A stretch of DNA of 64,000 nucleotides from an uncultured delta proteobacterium (GCA_963761335.1 CAVXGR010000008.1:1-64000), one strand, 5' to 3'. Numbered from the stretch's first letter, positions 39,497-53,157 are shown. Notes: generated by a model from the sequence alone, not told the origin. Numbers and translations are program-made.

Positions 39497-41439
39497 CCGC
39501 AACTCCTTCGCGCTTGCGCCTGGTCGCGGCCGGCGCCTTCTTCGTGGCGCTGCTGGTGATCATCGTCCTGCGCGCCGCGCAGCTGACCGTCATCCAGGGG
39601 CAGTCGCTGCGCGACATCGCCGAGCGCCAGCACCACCAGCGCCTGACGTTGCAGCCGGAGCGCGGCGCCGTCGTCGACCGCAACGGCGACCATCTGGCGC
39701 TCAGCGTCGACGCCGCCTCGATCTACGTGCGGCCGGCGGAGTTTCGCGCCCGCCCGGCCGCCGTCGCCGGGCTGGCCAGCGTTCTCGGTCTCGACGAGTC
39801 GGCGGTCGAGCACAAGATGCAGAAGTCCTCGCCGTTCGTCTGGCTCAAGCGCCAGGCCTCGCCCGGAGAGCAGGCGGCAGTGCAGCACCTCGACGTGCCC
39901 GGCGTCGGCATGCAGCTCGGGTCGCGCCGCATCTATCCGCACGGCGACCTGGCGGCGCCGCTGCTGGGGCTCACCAACGTCGACGGCAGGGGATTGGAAG
40001 GAATCGAACTGCAGCTGGACCGCGAGCTGCGGGGAGAAGGTGGAGCGGTGGTGGTGGAGCGGGACGCGCGCGGGCGCCGGATGATGACCGATGGCATCTG
40101 GCGCCCGCTCCCGCGTGAAGGAGCAACCGTCGAGCTGACCATCGACTCGAACCTGCAGCACGTCGCCGAGATCGAGCTCGCCCGCGGCGTCTCCGAGTCC
40201 GAGGCGGAGGCCGGGCTCGCCGTGGTCATGGATCCGAAGACCGGTGAGATCCTGGCGCTGGCGCAGGTGCCGCGCTTCGACCCGAATGCGCCCGAGCGGA
40301 GCCCGGTCTCGGCACGGCGCAATCGCGCCGTCACTGATTCGTTCGAGCCGGGCTCGACCATGAAGGCCTTCGTCGCCGCCGCCGCCCTCGAGAACGGCGT
40401 GGTGCGCCCCGACGAGAAGCTCTACTGCGAGCACGGCCGTTACCACGTCGGCCGCCGCACCGTGCGCGATCACGAGCCCTACGACTGGCTGACCTTTACC
40501 GAGGTCATCGAGTACTCCAGCAACATCTGCTCGGCCAAGGTGGGAGAGCGGCTCGGCCGCGACCGCCTCGGCGCGGCACTGCGCGCCTTCGGCTTCGGCC
40601 AGCCGACCGGTGTCGACATGCCGGGCGAGGTTCCCGGCCTCTTCGTGCCACCGGAGAAGTGGTCGCCGATCCGCCTGGTGACCACCAGCTTCGGCCAGGG
40701 AATCGCCGTGACCCTGATGCAGATGGCGCGCGGCTACGCCGCTCTGGCGAACGGCGGCCGCCTCATGCACCCGTACGTGGTGAAACGAGTGATCGCCGCC
40801 GACGGCACCGTTCTGCGCGCCGCGCAGCCGCGCGTCGATGGCCGTCCGGTCTCGGCGGCGACGGCACGTACCGTCACCGCACTGCTGGAAACGGTGGTGG
40901 AGTCGGGAACCGGGACAAAGGCGCAGATTCCCGGAATTCGCGTCGCCGGCAAGACCGGCACGGCACAGAAGGCCAACCGCCACGGGCGGGGTTACTCGCC
41001 GCGCGATCGCATCGGCTCGTTCATCGGCTATGCCCCCGCCGACGACCCGCGCATCGTGGTCGCGGTGATGATCGACACGCCGCGCAAGGCGACCTACGGC
41101 GGCGTGGTGGCGGCCCCGGTCTTCCGCCGCATTGCCGAGACGGCGCTCGAGCGCCTGGGCGTGCGCCGCCGGTCTCTGCCGGCGGAGCCGCCGCCCGCCC
41201 CCGGCGACCTCGAGGTGATGATGCGACCGCAGTCGGTGGCGCTCACCATGGGCCCCTACGCCGGAGTTCCCAACGTTCTCGGTCTGGGCATGCGCGACGC
41301 GGTGACCCGGCTGGGCGACGCCGGGCTGCGGCCGCTGGTCGAGGGTTGGGGAGTGGTCCAGTCGCAGGATCCGCCGCCGGGAGCAGAGATCCAGCCGGGC
41401 CGCGAGGTCCGTCTGCAGCTTGGCTCGGAGCTGCATTGA
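39493..41439 (+). CDS. ftsI: Peptidoglycan transpeptidase FtsI (PBP3) with PASTA domain
   Basis: RGAVVDRNG, EPGSTMK (SxxK), SSN, KTGT. Confidence 0.95.
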   Translation: MTATPSRLRLVAAGAFFVALLVIIVLRAAQLTVIQGQSLRDIAERQHHQRLTLQPERGAVVDRNGDHLALSVDAASIYVRPAEFRARPAAVAGLASVLGLDESAVEHKMQKSSPFVWLKRQASPGEQAAVQHLDVPGVGMQLGSRRIYPHGDLAAPLLGLTNVDGRGLEGIELQLDRELRGEGGAVVVERDARGRRMMTDGIWRPLPREGATVELTIDSNLQHVAEIELARGVSESEAEAGLAVVMDPKTGEILALAQVPRFDPNAPERSPVSARRNRAVTDSFEPGSTMKAFVAAAALENGVVRPDEKLYCEHGRYHVGRRTVRDHEPYDWLTFTEVIEYSSNICSAKVGERLGRDRLGAALRAFGFGQPTGVDMPGEVPGLFVPPEKWSPIRLVTTSFGQGIAVTLMQMARGYAALANGGRLMHPYVVKRVIAADGTVLRAAQPRVDGRPVSAATARTVTALLETVVESGTGTKAQIPGIRVAGKTGTAQKANRHGRGYSPRDRIGSFIGYAPADDPRIVVAVMIDTPRKATYGGVVAAPVFRRIAETALERLGVRRRSLPAEPPPAPGDLEVMMRPQSVALTMGPYAGVPNVLGLGMRDAVTRLGDAGLRPLVEGWGVVQSQDPPPGAEIQPGREVRLQLGSELH

Positions 41440-41482
41440 CGCTATGAGACAGTGCAGCCCACACGCCCATTCCCAAACCCCC

Positions 41483-42859
41483 ATGAGCTGGACTCTGGCC
41501 GAGGTCGCCGCTGCCGTCGGCGCGCGGATCGCAGAGGGCGATCCGCAGCTGGTCGCGGCCTCCGTTTCCACCGACTCGCGCACCCTCGAGCCGGGGGCGC
41601 TGTTCTTCGCACTGCGCGGTCCGAGCTTCGACGGTCACGCCTACGTCGCCGAGGCCCTGCGGCGCGGCGCCTGCGGCGCCGTGGTCGCGGCGGAGGTCGA
41701 CGCCGCCGGCGCCGCCCTGCTGCGCGTCGCCGACGTGGAGCGCGCCCTGGGCGATCTGGCGGCGCACACGCGCCGGCGTTCGGCGATGCGCGTCCTGGCG
41801 CTCACCGGCAGCAACGGCAAGACGACCACCAAGGAGATGCTGGCGGCGATCGCCGAGCAGCGCTGGCCGCGGCGGGTGCTCAAGACCCGCGGCAACCTCA
41901 ACAATCTCGTCGGCCTGCCGCTGACCCTCCTCGGCTGGCGCGGCGAAGAGGTCGCCGTCCTGGAGATGGGCATGAACCGGCCGGGTGAGATCGCGCGACT
42001 GACGGAGATCGCCGCGCCGGACTGCGGCGCCGTGCTCAACGTCGCCGCGGCTCATCTCGAGGGGCTCGGCGACATCGCCGGCGTCGCCGCCGCCAAGGGT
42101 GAGCTGTTCGCCGCCATGCCCGCCGATGCGGTTGCGGTGGTCAACGCCGACGACCCCTGGGTGCGGCGCGCCGCGGAGGGCTTCGCCGGCCGCAAGCTCC
42201 TCTTCGGCTCCGGCGCCGAGGTGCGCGCCGAGCAGATCGTCGACTTCGGTCTCGACGGGGTCGGCCTGACACTGCACTGCGGCGGCGAAACGGCGCGGCT
42301 GCGCCTGCGCTTCACCGGCCGGCACAACGCCACCAACGCGGTGGCGGCGGCCGCCATGGCCTGGGCCATGGGCATCGACCTCGGACAGATCGCCGCCGGC
42401 CTGGAGGCGGCGCGGCCGGTCGCCATGCGGATGGAGGTGCATCGACTTCACAATCAGGTGACCCTGATCAATGACGCGTACAACGCTAACCCTGGCAGTA
42501 TGGAGGCCGCGCTCCAAGCGCTGGCTTCACTGCCCGGACGCTCGCTCGCCGTGCTCGGCGAGATGTGGGAGTTGGGGGTGGAACGTGTGGATGCGCATCG
42601 CCGACTCGGCGAGCGGGCAGCTTCCCTCGGGATCGATTTCCTCGTGGTTGTGGGTGAGGTGGCGGAAGTGGTGGCGAGCGGCGCGCATGCTTCAGGCATG
42701 CGCGCCGGCTCGGTTGTGGTCTGTCAGTCGCATGCGGAGGCGGTGGCGGCGGTGCGGCAGCACTGGCAGGCCGGGGATGTGGTGCTGATCAAGGGATCGA
42801 GGGCGGCCCACCTGGAGAAGGTGGCCGCCCAGCTCGAGGAGGCGGGGAATTGCAGGTAA
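41483..42859 (+). CDS. murF: UDP-MurNAc-tripeptide--D-Ala-D-Ala ligase
   Basis: [44 protein letters not shown]. Confidence 0.95.
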   Translation: MSWTLAEVAAAVGARIAEGDPQLVAASVSTDSRTLEPGALFFALRGPSFDGHAYVAEALRRGACGAVVAAEVDAAGAALLRVADVERALGDLAAHTRRRSAMRVLALTGSNGKTTTKEMLAAIAEQRWPRRVLKTRGNLNNLVGLPLTLLGWRGEEVAVLEMGMNRPGEIARLTEIAAPDCGAVLNVAAAHLEGLGDIAGVAAAKGELFAAMPADAVAVVNADDPWVRRAAEGFAGRKLLFGSGAEVRAEQIVDFGLDGVGLTLHCGGETARLRLRFTGRHNATNAVAAAAMAWAMGIDLGQIAAGLEAARPVAMRMEVHRLHNQVTLINDAYNANPGSMEAALQALASLPGRSLAVLGEMWELGVERVDAHRRLGERAASLGIDFLVVVGEVAEVVASGAHASGMRAGSVVVCQSHAEAVAAVRQHWQAGDVVLIKGSRAAHLEKVAAQLEEAGNCR

Positions 42860-43935
42860 TGCTCTATCACCTTCTGGTCCCTCTGCACTCCTCGGCGGGG
42901 GTGTTCAACGTCTTCCGCTACATCACCTTCCGCACCGTGCTGGCGGCGATCACCGCCCTGCTGGTCTCCTTCGTCTTCGGCCCGTGGCTGATCCGCCGCC
43001 TCTCCGAGCGCCAGATCGGCCAGGCCATTCGCAGCGACGGACCGGCGGGGCATTTGAAGAAGGCCGGCACCCCGACCATGGGCGGCACCCTGATCCTCTT
43101 CTCGCTGGTGCTGTCGACACTGCTGCTCGCCGACCTGACCAACATCTACGTATGGCTCGTCCTCTGGGTGACCTTCGGCTTCGGCGTCATCGGTTTTCTC
43201 GACGACTACCGCAAGGTGACCCGCGGCAACTCCCTCGGGCTCTCCGTCCGCCAGAAGCTCGTCGGTCAGTTCGGCGTCGCCGCCGTCGCCGCGACCGTGC
43301 TCTACCTGCGGCCGGAGTTCAACAAGGAGCTCTTCTTTCCCTTTCTGAAGGAGCTGCACCCCAACCTCGGCATCTTCTACATTCCCTTCGCCATGACCGT
43401 GGTGGTGGGTGCCTCCAATGCCGTCAATCTGACCGACGGCCTCGACGGCTTGGCAATCGGTCCGGTGATGACCACGGGCATGACCTACCTGGTGTTCGCC
43501 TACGCCGTCGGCAACGCCCGCATCGCCGAGTATCTGCAGATCCCCTACGTCGCCGGCTCCGGAGAGCTGGCGATCTTCTGCGGCGCGCTCGTCTGCGCCG
43601 GGCTCGGTTTTCTCTGGTTCAACACCTATCCGGCGTTGATGTTCATGGGAGACGTCGGTGCCCTCCCTCTGGGTGCGGCGCTCGGCATGCTCGCCGTGGT
43701 CACCAAGCACGAGATCGTTTTCCTGCTGGCCGGCGGTGTCTTCGTGGTCGAGGCGCTCTCGGTGATTCTCCAGGTGGTCTCCTTCAAGCTGCGCCACAAG
43801 CGCATCTTTCGCATGGCCCCGATTCATCACCATTTCGAGCTGCTCGGCTGGCCGGAGCCGAAGATCATCGTTCGCTTCTGGATCGTCTCCGTCATTTGCG
43901 CCCTGGCCGCCCTGAGCACGTTGAAGCTGCGCTAG
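42859..43935 (+). CDS. mraY: Phospho-MurNAc-pentapeptide transferase
   Basis: [36 protein letters not shown]. Confidence 0.97.
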   Translation: MLYHLLVPLHSSAGVFNVFRYITFRTVLAAITALLVSFVFGPWLIRRLSERQIGQAIRSDGPAGHLKKAGTPTMGGTLILFSLVLSTLLLADLTNIYVWLVLWVTFGFGVIGFLDDYRKVTRGNSLGLSVRQKLVGQFGVAAVAATVLYLRPEFNKELFFPFLKELHPNLGIFYIPFAMTVVVGASNAVNLTDGLDGLAIGPVMTTGMTYLVFAYAVGNARIAEYLQIPYVAGSGELAIFCGALVCAGLGFLWFNTYPALMFMGDVGALPLGAALGMLAVVTKHEIVFLLAGGVFVVEALSVILQVVSFKLRHKRIFRMAPIHHHFELLGWPEPKIIVRFWIVSVICALAALSTLKLR

Positions 43936-43942
43936 GAGCGGC

Positions 43943-45268
43943 ATGGATCTCTCCGGCGCAACCGTGCTCGTCGTCGGCGCCCGCCGGACCGGACGCAGTG
44001 TCGTGCGCTTCCTGAAACGCCACGACGCGCGCCTGCGCCTCGCCGAGCGCTCCGTCAAAGAGCGTACCTCCGCCGCCAGCGCCGAGGCGGTGGAGGGCGT
44101 CGCCGACGATCTGGAGGCGCTGCGCGACGTCGATCTCGTGGTGCCCAGCCCGGGAGTTCCCGGCAACCATCCGCTGCTGCGCGCCTGCGTGTCGCGCGGC
44201 ATACCGGTGTGGAGCGAGATCGAGCTGGCGAGCCGCTTCCTGACCTGTCCGCTCTTGGCGGTGAGCGGTACCAACGGCAAGAGCACGACGACGACGCTGC
44301 TCGGCGCCATGGCCCGCGAAGCGGGGGCCCGTGCCTTCGTCGGCGGCAATCTCGGCACGCCTCTGATCGATGCGCTCGCCGGCGAGACTCCTCCCGACGT
44401 CGCCGTCGTCGAGGTCTCCAGCTTTCAGCTCGAATGGATCGACGCCTTCCACCCGCAGCTGGCGATCATGTTGAATCTCACCCCGGACCACCTCGACCGC
44501 TACGGATCGATGGAGGAGTACGCCGCCGCCAAGGCGGCGCTCATCGGCGCGCTGCAGGCGGATGACTGGGCGGTGCTCAACCGCGACGATGCCTGGGTGT
44601 GGTCGCTCCGCGAGCGCACCGCGGCGCGCGCCATTTCCTTCGGCCGTGACCCCGTCGAGTTCGGTGTCTACATCGACGGTGACTCGATCGTCTACTGGGG
44701 ATCGGAGCCGCAGCCGCAGAAGTTCTCGCTGCGGCACACTCGACTGCAGGGACGGCACAACCAGGAGAACGTCATGGCGGCCGTGGCCGCGGCCTGCGCC
44801 TGGGGGTTTCCGTCCGCCGCCGTGCAGCGCGCCATCGACCGCTTCGAGCCGCTGCCGCATCGACTGACGCTGGTGCGCGAGCACCTCGGGGTGCGCTACT
44901 TCGACGACTCCAAGGCCACCAACGTCGGCGCCGTGCAGCAATCGCTGGCGAGCTTTGCCGAGAACGTCATCCTGCTGCTCGGCGGCCGCGACAAGGGCGG
45001 CGACTTCACCGTGCTCGCCGATTCCATTCGCAGCCGGGTGCGTCACCTGGTGCTCTTCGGAGAGGCCGGCCCGGCAATCGCCACCCAGCTGCGCGGCACG
45101 GCGCCGATCTCGGTGCAGCCGCAGCTGGAGGCGGCGATGGCGGCGGCGGCGCGGCTGGCGCGCCCCGGCGACGTGGTCCTGCTGTCGCCCGGCTGCGCCA
45201 GCTTCGACGAGTTCGCCGATTACGCGGCGCGCGGCGAGCGCTTCCGCGCCGTGGTGGGGGGCCTGTGA
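43943..45268 (+). CDS. murD: UDP-MurNAc-L-Ala--D-Glu ligase
   Basis: GTNGKSTTT, EVSSFQL, DHLDRY, DDSKATN, SPGCASFD. Confidence 0.96.
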   Translation: MDLSGATVLVVGARRTGRSVVRFLKRHDARLRLAERSVKERTSAASAEAVEGVADDLEALRDVDLVVPSPGVPGNHPLLRACVSRGIPVWSEIELASRFLTCPLLAVSGTNGKSTTTTLLGAMAREAGARAFVGGNLGTPLIDALAGETPPDVAVVEVSSFQLEWIDAFHPQLAIMLNLTPDHLDRYGSMEEYAAAKAALIGALQADDWAVLNRDDAWVWSLRERTAARAISFGRDPVEFGVYIDGDSIVYWGSEPQPQKFSLRHTRLQGRHNQENVMAAVAAACAWGFPSAAVQRAIDRFEPLPHRLTLVREHLGVRYFDDSKATNVGAVQQSLASFAENVILLLGGRDKGGDFTVLADSIRSRVRHLVLFGEAGPAIATQLRGTAPISVQPQLEAAMAAAARLARPGDVVLLSPGCASFDEFADYAARGERFRAVVGGL

Positions 45269-46401
45269 ACGCCCTCCCTCTGCGCCGCCTGCGCAGCCGC
45301 GTGGTGCTGCCGACGCTCAACTATCCCGACCCGGCCCTGCTGCTGGCCTCGGCGGCGCTCGTCTGGCTGGGCATCGTGATGGTGTTCAATGCCAGCTACT
45401 TCTACGCCCAGGAGCGTTTCGGCGATCCGCTCTTCTTCTTCCGCAAGCACCTGATCGCCGTCGCCATCGGCGGCGTTCTGCTGGTGGTGATCTCGCGCCT
45501 GCGACTGGAGATCTTCGAACGCTCCGCCTACGCCTTCCTGGCCGCCAGCGTGGGCCTGGTCTTGCTGGTCGCCATTCCCGGCGTGGGGGTGGTGCGCGGT
45601 GGCGCTCGCCGCTGGCTCGACGTCGGCGTCATGTCGATCCAGCCCTCGGAGATGCTCAAGCTCGGCGTGGTCCTCTACCTGGCGCGCTCCATCACCCGCA
45701 AGCGCGAGCGCATGGGGTCGATGGTCGACGGCATCCTGCCGCACCTGATCGTCGTCGGTGCCTGCGCCGGGCTGGTGGCCCTGCAACCGGATTTCGGCAC
45801 GGCGGCGCTTCTCTGCGCGGTGGTGGCGATGATGCTCTTCGCCGGCGGCGCCCGCCTCCGCCATCTCGCCGTGCTCGGCGTGGTGGCCGGCACCGGCATG
45901 ATCGGCGTGGCGCTCAGCGCCTCGTATCGCCTGCGGCGCGTCGTCGCCTTTCTCGATCCGTGGGAGCACAGCCGCGACACCGCCTTTCAGCTCATCCAGT
46001 CGCTCATCGCCTTCGGCTCCGGGGGCATCTTCGGCGTCGGCCTCGGCGCCAGCAAGCAGAAGATGTTCTACCTTCCCGAGGCGCACAACGATTTCATCTT
46101 CGCCCTGATCGGCGAAGAGCTCGGTCTGGTGGGCGCGGTGGTGGTGTTGCTGCTCTTTGCCGTCGTCGGGGCACGCGGTTTTCGCATCGCCCTCCGTCAT
46201 CCCGACCCCTTCGGCAGCCTGCTGGCTTTCGGCATCACCACCAGCCTGCTGTCGGCGGCGGCGGTGAACATGGGCGTGGTGCTCGGCCTGCTGCCCACCA
46301 AGGGACTGCCGCTGCCGTTTCTGAGCTACGGCGGCTCGGCGATGATCGGCGTGCTGGCGCAGGTGGGAATCCTGGCGGCGCTGTCGCGGACGACGGGGTG
46401 A
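45265..46401 (+). CDS. ftsW: Peptidoglycan polymerase FtsW
   Basis: GARRW, QPSE, QPDFGT, YLPEAHNDFIF, LPFLSYGGS. Confidence 0.96.
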   Translation: MNALPLRRLRSRVVLPTLNYPDPALLLASAALVWLGIVMVFNASYFYAQERFGDPLFFFRKHLIAVAIGGVLLVVISRLRLEIFERSAYAFLAASVGLVLLVAIPGVGVVRGGARRWLDVGVMSIQPSEMLKLGVVLYLARSITRKRERMGSMVDGILPHLIVVGACAGLVALQPDFGTAALLCAVVAMMLFAGGARLRHLAVLGVVAGTGMIGVALSASYRLRRVVAFLDPWEHSRDTAFQLIQSLIAFGSGGIFGVGLGASKQKMFYLPEAHNDFIFALIGEELGLVGAVVVLLLFAVVGARGFRIALRHPDPFGSLLAFGITTSLLSAAAVNMGVVLGLLPTKGLPLPFLSYGGSAMIGVLAQVGILAALSRTTG

Positions 46402-46402
46402 G

Positions 46403-47485
46403 ATGCGCATGGTGATCGGCGGCGGCGGAACCGGCGGCCATCTCTTCCCCGGCCTTGCGGTTGCGGAGGCCCTGCGCCGCCGCGGCGGTGCGGCGCTGTT
46501 CATCGGCAGCCCGCAGGGGATCGAGGCGCGCGTCATTCCCGGGACCGGCTTCCCGCTGGTGACCGTCCCCATCCGCGGCCTGCGGGGCCGCGGTGCCGGC
46601 GCCGCCGCGGAGGCGGTCTGGCGCCTGCCGCTGGCGCTGGCGCGTGCCTGGTCGGCCCTGCGCGCCTTTCGTCCCGACGTCGTCGTCGGGGTCGGCGGCT
46701 ACGCCTCCTTTCCGGTGGTCTGCGCCGCCTGGCTGCGCCGCGTCCCCGCCGTGCTCCTCGAGCAGAACGCCCGGCCGGGGATGACCACCCGTCTTCTGTC
46801 GCGGTTGGCGCGGGCGGTGTGCACCGGCTTTCCGGAGACCGGCGATCATCTGCCCGGGCGCGCCGAGGTGGTCTACACCGGCAATCCGGTGCGCCAGTGG
46901 CCGGCGGCGGCGCCGCGGGGCGACAGAGACACCTTTACGCTGCTGGTCTTTGGTGGTAGCCAGGGAGCGCATCGGATCAACCTGGAGGCGGGGGCGGCAG
47001 TGCGGGAGCTGGCAGCTCAAATTCCTGGGCTCAGGGTCATCCACCAGACCGGCGACGCGGATCTCGACGCGACGCGCGAGGCGTATCAGAGGGCCGGTCT
47101 CGAGGCAGACGTGCGCGCCTTCATCGACGACATGGGGGCTGCCTACGGGCGCGCCGATCTGGTGGTCTGCCGCGCCGGCGCCATGACCCTCGCGGAGCTT
47201 GCGGCGCTGGGCAAGCCGGCGATCCTGATCCCCTATCCGTTTGCCGCCGACGATCACCAGCGCGCCAACGCCGAGGCGCTGGCGCAGCGCGGCGCCGCCG
47301 AGATGATCCTCGACGCGGAGCTCACCGCGGCGCGCCTGCGCGACCGGGTGCGGGCGCTCTACCGCGATCGCGTGCGGCTGCAGGCGATGGGCAGCGCCGC
47401 CGCGGCGATGGCCAGGCCGCAGGCGGCGGAGCAGGTCCTGGACGTGTGCGATCGAATCGTCGGCGGAGAGGCGCATGCAGAGTAA
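46403..47485 (+). CDS. murG: Lipid II GlcNAc transferase
   Basis: [27 protein letters not shown]. Confidence 0.96.
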   Translation: MRMVIGGGGTGGHLFPGLAVAEALRRRGGAALFIGSPQGIEARVIPGTGFPLVTVPIRGLRGRGAGAAAEAVWRLPLALARAWSALRAFRPDVVVGVGGYASFPVVCAAWLRRVPAVLLEQNARPGMTTRLLSRLARAVCTGFPETGDHLPGRAEVVYTGNPVRQWPAAAPRGDRDTFTLLVFGGSQGAHRINLEAGAAVRELAAQIPGLRVIHQTGDADLDATREAYQRAGLEADVRAFIDDMGAAYGRADLVVCRAGAMTLAELAALGKPAILIPYPFAADDHQRANAEALAQRGAAEMILDAELTAARLRDRVRALYRDRVRLQAMGSAAAAMARPQAAEQVLDVCDRIVGGEAHAE

Positions 47486-48881
47486 GCTCCATCCCCGCCG
47501 CGTCCACTTCGTCGGCATCGGCGGCGTCGGCATGAGCGGCATCGCCGAGGTGCTGCTGACCCTGGGCTACGTCGTCAGTGGCTCCGACGCGCGCGCCAGC
47601 GAGACGACGCGGCGGCTCGAGGGCCTCGGTGCCCGCATCTTCATCGGTCACGACGCCGAGCAGGTGGCGCCCGACGTCGATGTGGTGGTGATCTCCTCGG
47701 CGGTGACCTACGCCAACCCGGAGGTGATGCGGGCGCGCGAGTGCAACATCCCGGTGATCCCGCGCGCCGAGATGCTCGCCGAGCTGATGCGCCTCAAGCT
47801 CGGCATCGCCGTCGCCGGCAGCCACGGCAAGACGACGACCACGTCTCTGATCGGCACCATCCTGTCGCGCGCCGGCCTCGATCCGACGCTGGTCATCGGC
47901 GGCGTGGTGCGCGCCTTCGGAAGCAACGCCCGTCTCGGGCGCGGCGAGATGCTGGTCGCCGAGGCGGACGAGAGCGACGGCAGCTTCCTGCTGCTCTCCC
48001 CGGCGATTGCCGTGGTCACCAACATCGACCCGGAGCACCTCGACCACTACGGCGATCTCGAGCGCGAGAAGGCCGCCTTCGTCGACTTCGTGAACCGCGT
48101 GCCCTTCTACGGGCGCGCCGTCCTCTGCCTCGACCACGTCAACGTGCGCGCCATTCTGCCGCAGGTGCGCAAGCGTTTCGTCACCTACGGCACCAGCCCC
48201 GACGCCGAGTGGATGGCCACCGATCTGGCGGTGCGCGGCATGGAGACGCATTTCCGCGCCCATCACCGCGGCCGGCCGCTCGGCCCGGTGTGCGTGCGCA
48301 TGCCCGGGCGCCACCATGCCGTCAACGCCCTGGCGGCGTTGGCCGTGGCGGCGGAGCTCGAGGTTCCCTTCGACGTGGCCCGCCAGGCGCTGGGGGAGTT
48401 CGGCGGCATTCAGCGCCGTTTCGAGATCTGCGGCGAGAGCGCCGGCGTCCTGGTGGTGAGCGACTACGCCCATCATCCGGCGGAGATCGCCGCCACCATC
48501 GCCGCGGCGCGCGAGGGATTCTTCGATCGCCGTCTGGTGGTGCTCTTTCAGCCGCATCGCTACACGCGCACGCGCGATCTCTTTGCGGACTTCCAGTCCG
48601 CCTTCGACGGCGCCGACCGCGTCGTGCTCACCGAGATCTATGCCGCCGGCGAGCCGGCGCTCGAGGGCGTCAGCGGTGAGGCTCTCTATCATGCCATGCG
48701 CCGGCGCGGGCACGTGGACGTCGCCTACGTCGCCGCCGTCGGGGATCTGCCCCGCGCCGTGCTGCCGTCGCTGCGGCCCGGCGATCTGGTTCTGGCTCTC
48801 GGCGCCGGAAACATCCACGAGACCGGTGCCGTCCTGGTGGCGGCGCTCGGTGGCCGCAGCGGCTCGGTGACGGTGCAATGA
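47475..48881 (+). CDS. murC: UDP-MurNAc--L-Ala ligase
   Basis: [41 protein letters not shown]. Confidence 0.97.
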   Translation: MQSKLHPRRVHFVGIGGVGMSGIAEVLLTLGYVVSGSDARASETTRRLEGLGARIFIGHDAEQVAPDVDVVVISSAVTYANPEVMRARECNIPVIPRAEMLAELMRLKLGIAVAGSHGKTTTTSLIGTILSRAGLDPTLVIGGVVRAFGSNARLGRGEMLVAEADESDGSFLLLSPAIAVVTNIDPEHLDHYGDLEREKAAFVDFVNRVPFYGRAVLCLDHVNVRAILPQVRKRFVTYGTSPDAEWMATDLAVRGMETHFRAHHRGRPLGPVCVRMPGRHHAVNALAALAVAAELEVPFDVARQALGEFGGIQRRFEICGESAGVLVVSDYAHHPAEIAATIAAAREGFFDRRLVVLFQPHRYTRTRDLFADFQSAFDGADRVVLTEIYAAGEPALEGVSGEALYHAMRRRGHVDVAYVAAVGDLPRAVLPSLRPGDLVLALGAGNIHETGAVLVAALGGRSGSVTVQ

Positions 48882-49801
48882 TCGGCGACCAGGTGAGAAG
48901 CAGATTCGCCGCGGCGCTCGGTGCCGCAGTGCGCTTCGACGAGCCGCTGCGCCGGCATACCTCGTTTCGCATCGGCGGGCCCGCCGACGTGTGGGTCGAG
49001 GCCGAAGAGATCGAGCAGATCCGCACGGCGCAGGCGCTGGCGCGCCAGCTCGAGCTGCGGCTGGTGGTGGTCGGCGGTGGCAGCAACGTCCTGGTGAGCG
49101 ATCGCGGCGTGCGCGGCGTCGCTCTCAAGCTCGGCCGCGCCTTCACCCGGATCGAGTGGTCGCCGAACGGCACCGGCACGCGCATCCGCGCCGGCGCCGC
49201 GGGCTCCTTCAAGAAGCTGGTCTCCGAGGCGGTGCGCCGCGACCTCGGCGGTCTCGAGTTCGGCGAGGGCATCCCCGGAACCGTCGGCGGCGGCCTGCTG
49301 ATGAACGCCGGCGCCTTCGGTGGCGAGATCGGCTCGGTGGTGACCACCGTCGAGGGCGTTGCCGCCGCGGGCGAGGTGCAGCGGCTGCCACGCGAAGCGC
49401 TGCGCTTCGCCTACCGGCACTTCGATCTGCCGGCGGGGTTCATCGTCACCCACGTGAACTTCCGCCTGGCCCCCGACGATCCCACCGCCCTGCAGGAGCG
49501 CCTGATGCGCGCCAAGCAGCGGCGCAATGCCGGACAGCCGCTCGGCTATCCCAATGCCGGATCGATCTTCAAGAATCCTCCTGGAAGCTTCGCCGGGCGT
49601 CTGATCGAGTCCGTGGGTCTCAAGGGAGCCCGGCGGGGAAACGCCATGTTCTCGGAGCAGCACGCCAACTTCATCGTCAACCTCGGCGAGGCCACCGCCG
49701 CCGAGGTGCGCGCCCTGATGGCGGAGGCCGTCGAGCGGGTGCGGGTTCAGCACGGGGTCGTCCTCGAGCCCGAGGTGAAGCTGGTGGGGGATTGGGAATG
49801 A
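48878..49801 (+). CDS. murB: UDP-N-acetylenolpyruvoylglucosamine reductase
   Basis: [39 protein letters not shown]. Confidence 0.96.
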   Translation: MIGDQVRSRFAAALGAAVRFDEPLRRHTSFRIGGPADVWVEAEEIEQIRTAQALARQLELRLVVVGGGSNVLVSDRGVRGVALKLGRAFTRIEWSPNGTGTRIRAGAAGSFKKLVSEAVRRDLGGLEFGEGIPGTVGGGLLMNAGAFGGEIGSVVTTVEGVAAAGEVQRLPREALRFAYRHFDLPAGFIVTHVNFRLAPDDPTALQERLMRAKQRRNAGQPLGYPNAGSIFKNPPGSFAGRLIESVGLKGARRGNAMFSEQHANFIVNLGEATAAEVRALMAEAVERVRVQHGVVLEPEVKLVGDWE

Positions 49802-50613
49802 GCCGCCGCAATCGCATTCGCGGCCGCAGCCGCGCCGGCAGCGCGGCGCTGCGTCTGGTCCTGCTGATCAGCGCGCTGGCGGCGACGGCGGCTGCCGTCT
49901 GGCACGGGCCGCAGATCGCTGCGGCGGTGCGCAATCACCCCTACTTCGCCGTCGCCCAGGTGATCATCCGCGGCCGGCGCACTCTGCCCCGCGAGACCAT
50001 CCTGAGCGCCGCCGGCGTGCACGCCGGCATGAGCCTGTGGAGCGTCTCTCCGGAGCTCGCCGTGGAGAACGTCGAGGCGTTGGCGCGCGTGCGCCACGCC
50101 AGCGTCCGCCGCGAGTTTCCCAACCGCGTCGTCATCGCCGTCGCCGAGCGCAAGCCGGTGGCTATCGCCGTGGTGGATGGTTTTCAGTACGTCGGGCGCT
50201 CCGGGCGCGTTCTCGGGCCGGTGCAGCCCGGCGACCGCCTCGATCTGCCGTATGTCACCGGCATCGACGGCTCGCATCTGAGCGGCTCCGGCCGGCGCGA
50301 CCTGCGGCGCGCTCTCCGTCTGGTGCGACTGTGCGAGCGCCGCGAGTGCGGCGGCGGCGTCTCCGAGGTGCATTTTGATTCCGAGCAGGGACTGGTCCTG
50401 GTGCCGCGCGGCGTGCCGGTGCCGGTGCGCATGGGATGGGGCGGCTGGCGCGAGAAGCTGGACCGCATGGAGAGGGTGCTGACGGCCTGGCGAGGTCAGG
50501 AGTACAGGCTGGCGGCCATGGATGTGACGTTTCGGAGCTCGGTGCTGGTGAAGCTGCGCCAGGGCGAACAGCCTGCGCACCTCGGCCGGGGGGCTCGGGG
50601 AACTCCGATTTGA
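49798..50613 (+). CDS. ftsQ: Cell division protein FtsQ
   Basis: TM helix plus POTRA-like segment (VRREFPNRVVIAVAERKP); lies before ftsA. Confidence 0.9.
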   Translation: MSRRNRIRGRSRAGSAALRLVLLISALAATAAAVWHGPQIAAAVRNHPYFAVAQVIIRGRRTLPRETILSAAGVHAGMSLWSVSPELAVENVEALARVRHASVRREFPNRVVIAVAERKPVAIAVVDGFQYVGRSGRVLGPVQPGDRLDLPYVTGIDGSHLSGSGRRDLRRALRLVRLCERRECGGGVSEVHFDSEQGLVLVPRGVPVPVRMGWGGWREKLDRMERVLTAWRGQEYRLAAMDVTFRSSVLVKLRQGEQPAHLGRGARGTPI

Positions 50614-50624
50614 TAAGGAAGCAG

Positions 50625-51848
50625 ATGGGGAAGCGGGCGGAGTTGTTGGCGGGGTTGGACATCGGCACGGCGTGCGTCACGGTCGTCGTCGCCGAGCTGA
50701 ACGACGGCGCGGCCGAGGTGATCGGCCTCGGCACGGCGCAGTCGGAGGGTCTGCGCAAGGGCGTGGTGGTGAACATCGACGCCACCGTGCAGGCGATCGC
50801 GCGCGCCGTGCGCGAGGCGGAGCTCGCCGCCGGCTGCGAGATCCACTCGGTGTACGCCGGCGTCGGCGGCGGCCACATCAAGGGCTTCAACAGCCACGGC
50901 GTCGTCGCCGTGAAGAATCCGGAGGTCGCCGCGGACGACGTCGAGCGGGTTCTCGACGCGGCGCGCGCCGTCGCCCTGCCGCTCGACCGACACGTGCTGC
51001 ACGTGCTCCCCCAGGAGTTCGTCCTCGACGGGCAGAACGGCATCAAGGAGCCGGTGGGCATGGCCGGAGTGCGGCTCGAGGCGCGTGTGCACATCGTCAG
51101 CGCCGCGGTGTCGTTCATGCAGAACGTCGTCAAGTGCTGCCAGCGCGCCAACCTGCACGTCACCGATCTGGTGCTGACGCCGCTCGCCGGCGCCGAGGCG
51201 GTGCTGGGCAGCGAGGAGAAGGATCTCGGCGTGGCCTACGTCGATCTCGGCGCCGGGACCTCGGACCTGCTGGTGTTCCACCGCGGCGCCCTGGTGCACA
51301 CGGCGCTGCTGCCGGTCGGCGGGCACCACGTGACCAACGACCTCGCCGAGGGCCTGCGCACCCCCTTTCGGGAGGCGGAGATCCTCAAGCGCCGCAGCGG
51401 TTGCGCGCACACCACCGGCATCGCCCCGGACGAGCAGGTGGAGGTGCAGGGCATCGGCGGTCGCAGCGCCCGCATGGTCGGGCGGCGAACCATGTGCGAC
51501 ATCATCGAGGCGCGCATGGACGAGACCTTCCGGCTGCTGCGCGATCAGCTGTGGAAGGCAGGGTTCGAGAGCGGCCTCTCCTGCGGCGTGGTGCTGAGTG
51601 GCGGCGGATCGCTGTTGCCCGGGACGGCGCAGCTGGCGGAGCGGGTCTTCCAGATGCCGACCCGCGGCGGCGCGCCGCTGGCGATCTCGGGGCTGACGGA
51701 GGCGACCAGCGGCCCGGACTTCGCAGCCGCCGTCGGACTGGTGCTCCTCGGGGCGCGCCCCCAGGAGATGGAGCGACCGCTGATGGACAACGGCATGCTC
51801 GGACGAATGCGCAGCCGCATGGTCGGCTGGCTGAAAGATTTCTTCTAG
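50625..51848 (+). CDS. ftsA: Cell division protein FtsA
   Basis: [29 protein letters not shown]-terminal amphipathic WLKDFF. Confidence 0.96.
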   Translation: MGKRAELLAGLDIGTACVTVVVAELNDGAAEVIGLGTAQSEGLRKGVVVNIDATVQAIARAVREAELAAGCEIHSVYAGVGGGHIKGFNSHGVVAVKNPEVAADDVERVLDAARAVALPLDRHVLHVLPQEFVLDGQNGIKEPVGMAGVRLEARVHIVSAAVSFMQNVVKCCQRANLHVTDLVLTPLAGAEAVLGSEEKDLGVAYVDLGAGTSDLLVFHRGALVHTALLPVGGHHVTNDLAEGLRTPFREAEILKRRSGCAHTTGIAPDEQVEVQGIGGRSARMVGRRTMCDIIEARMDETFRLLRDQLWKAGFESGLSCGVVLSGGGSLLPGTAQLAERVFQMPTRGGAPLAISGLTEATSGPDFAAAVGLVLLGARPQEMERPLMDNGMLGRMRSRMVGWLKDFF

Positions 51849-51888
51849 ACAGAAGCTCAGACCCGGAGGGGTTTGGAAGGAGGATGGG

Positions 51889-53151
<1,263 letters not shown>

Positions 53152-53157
53152 GACGTT

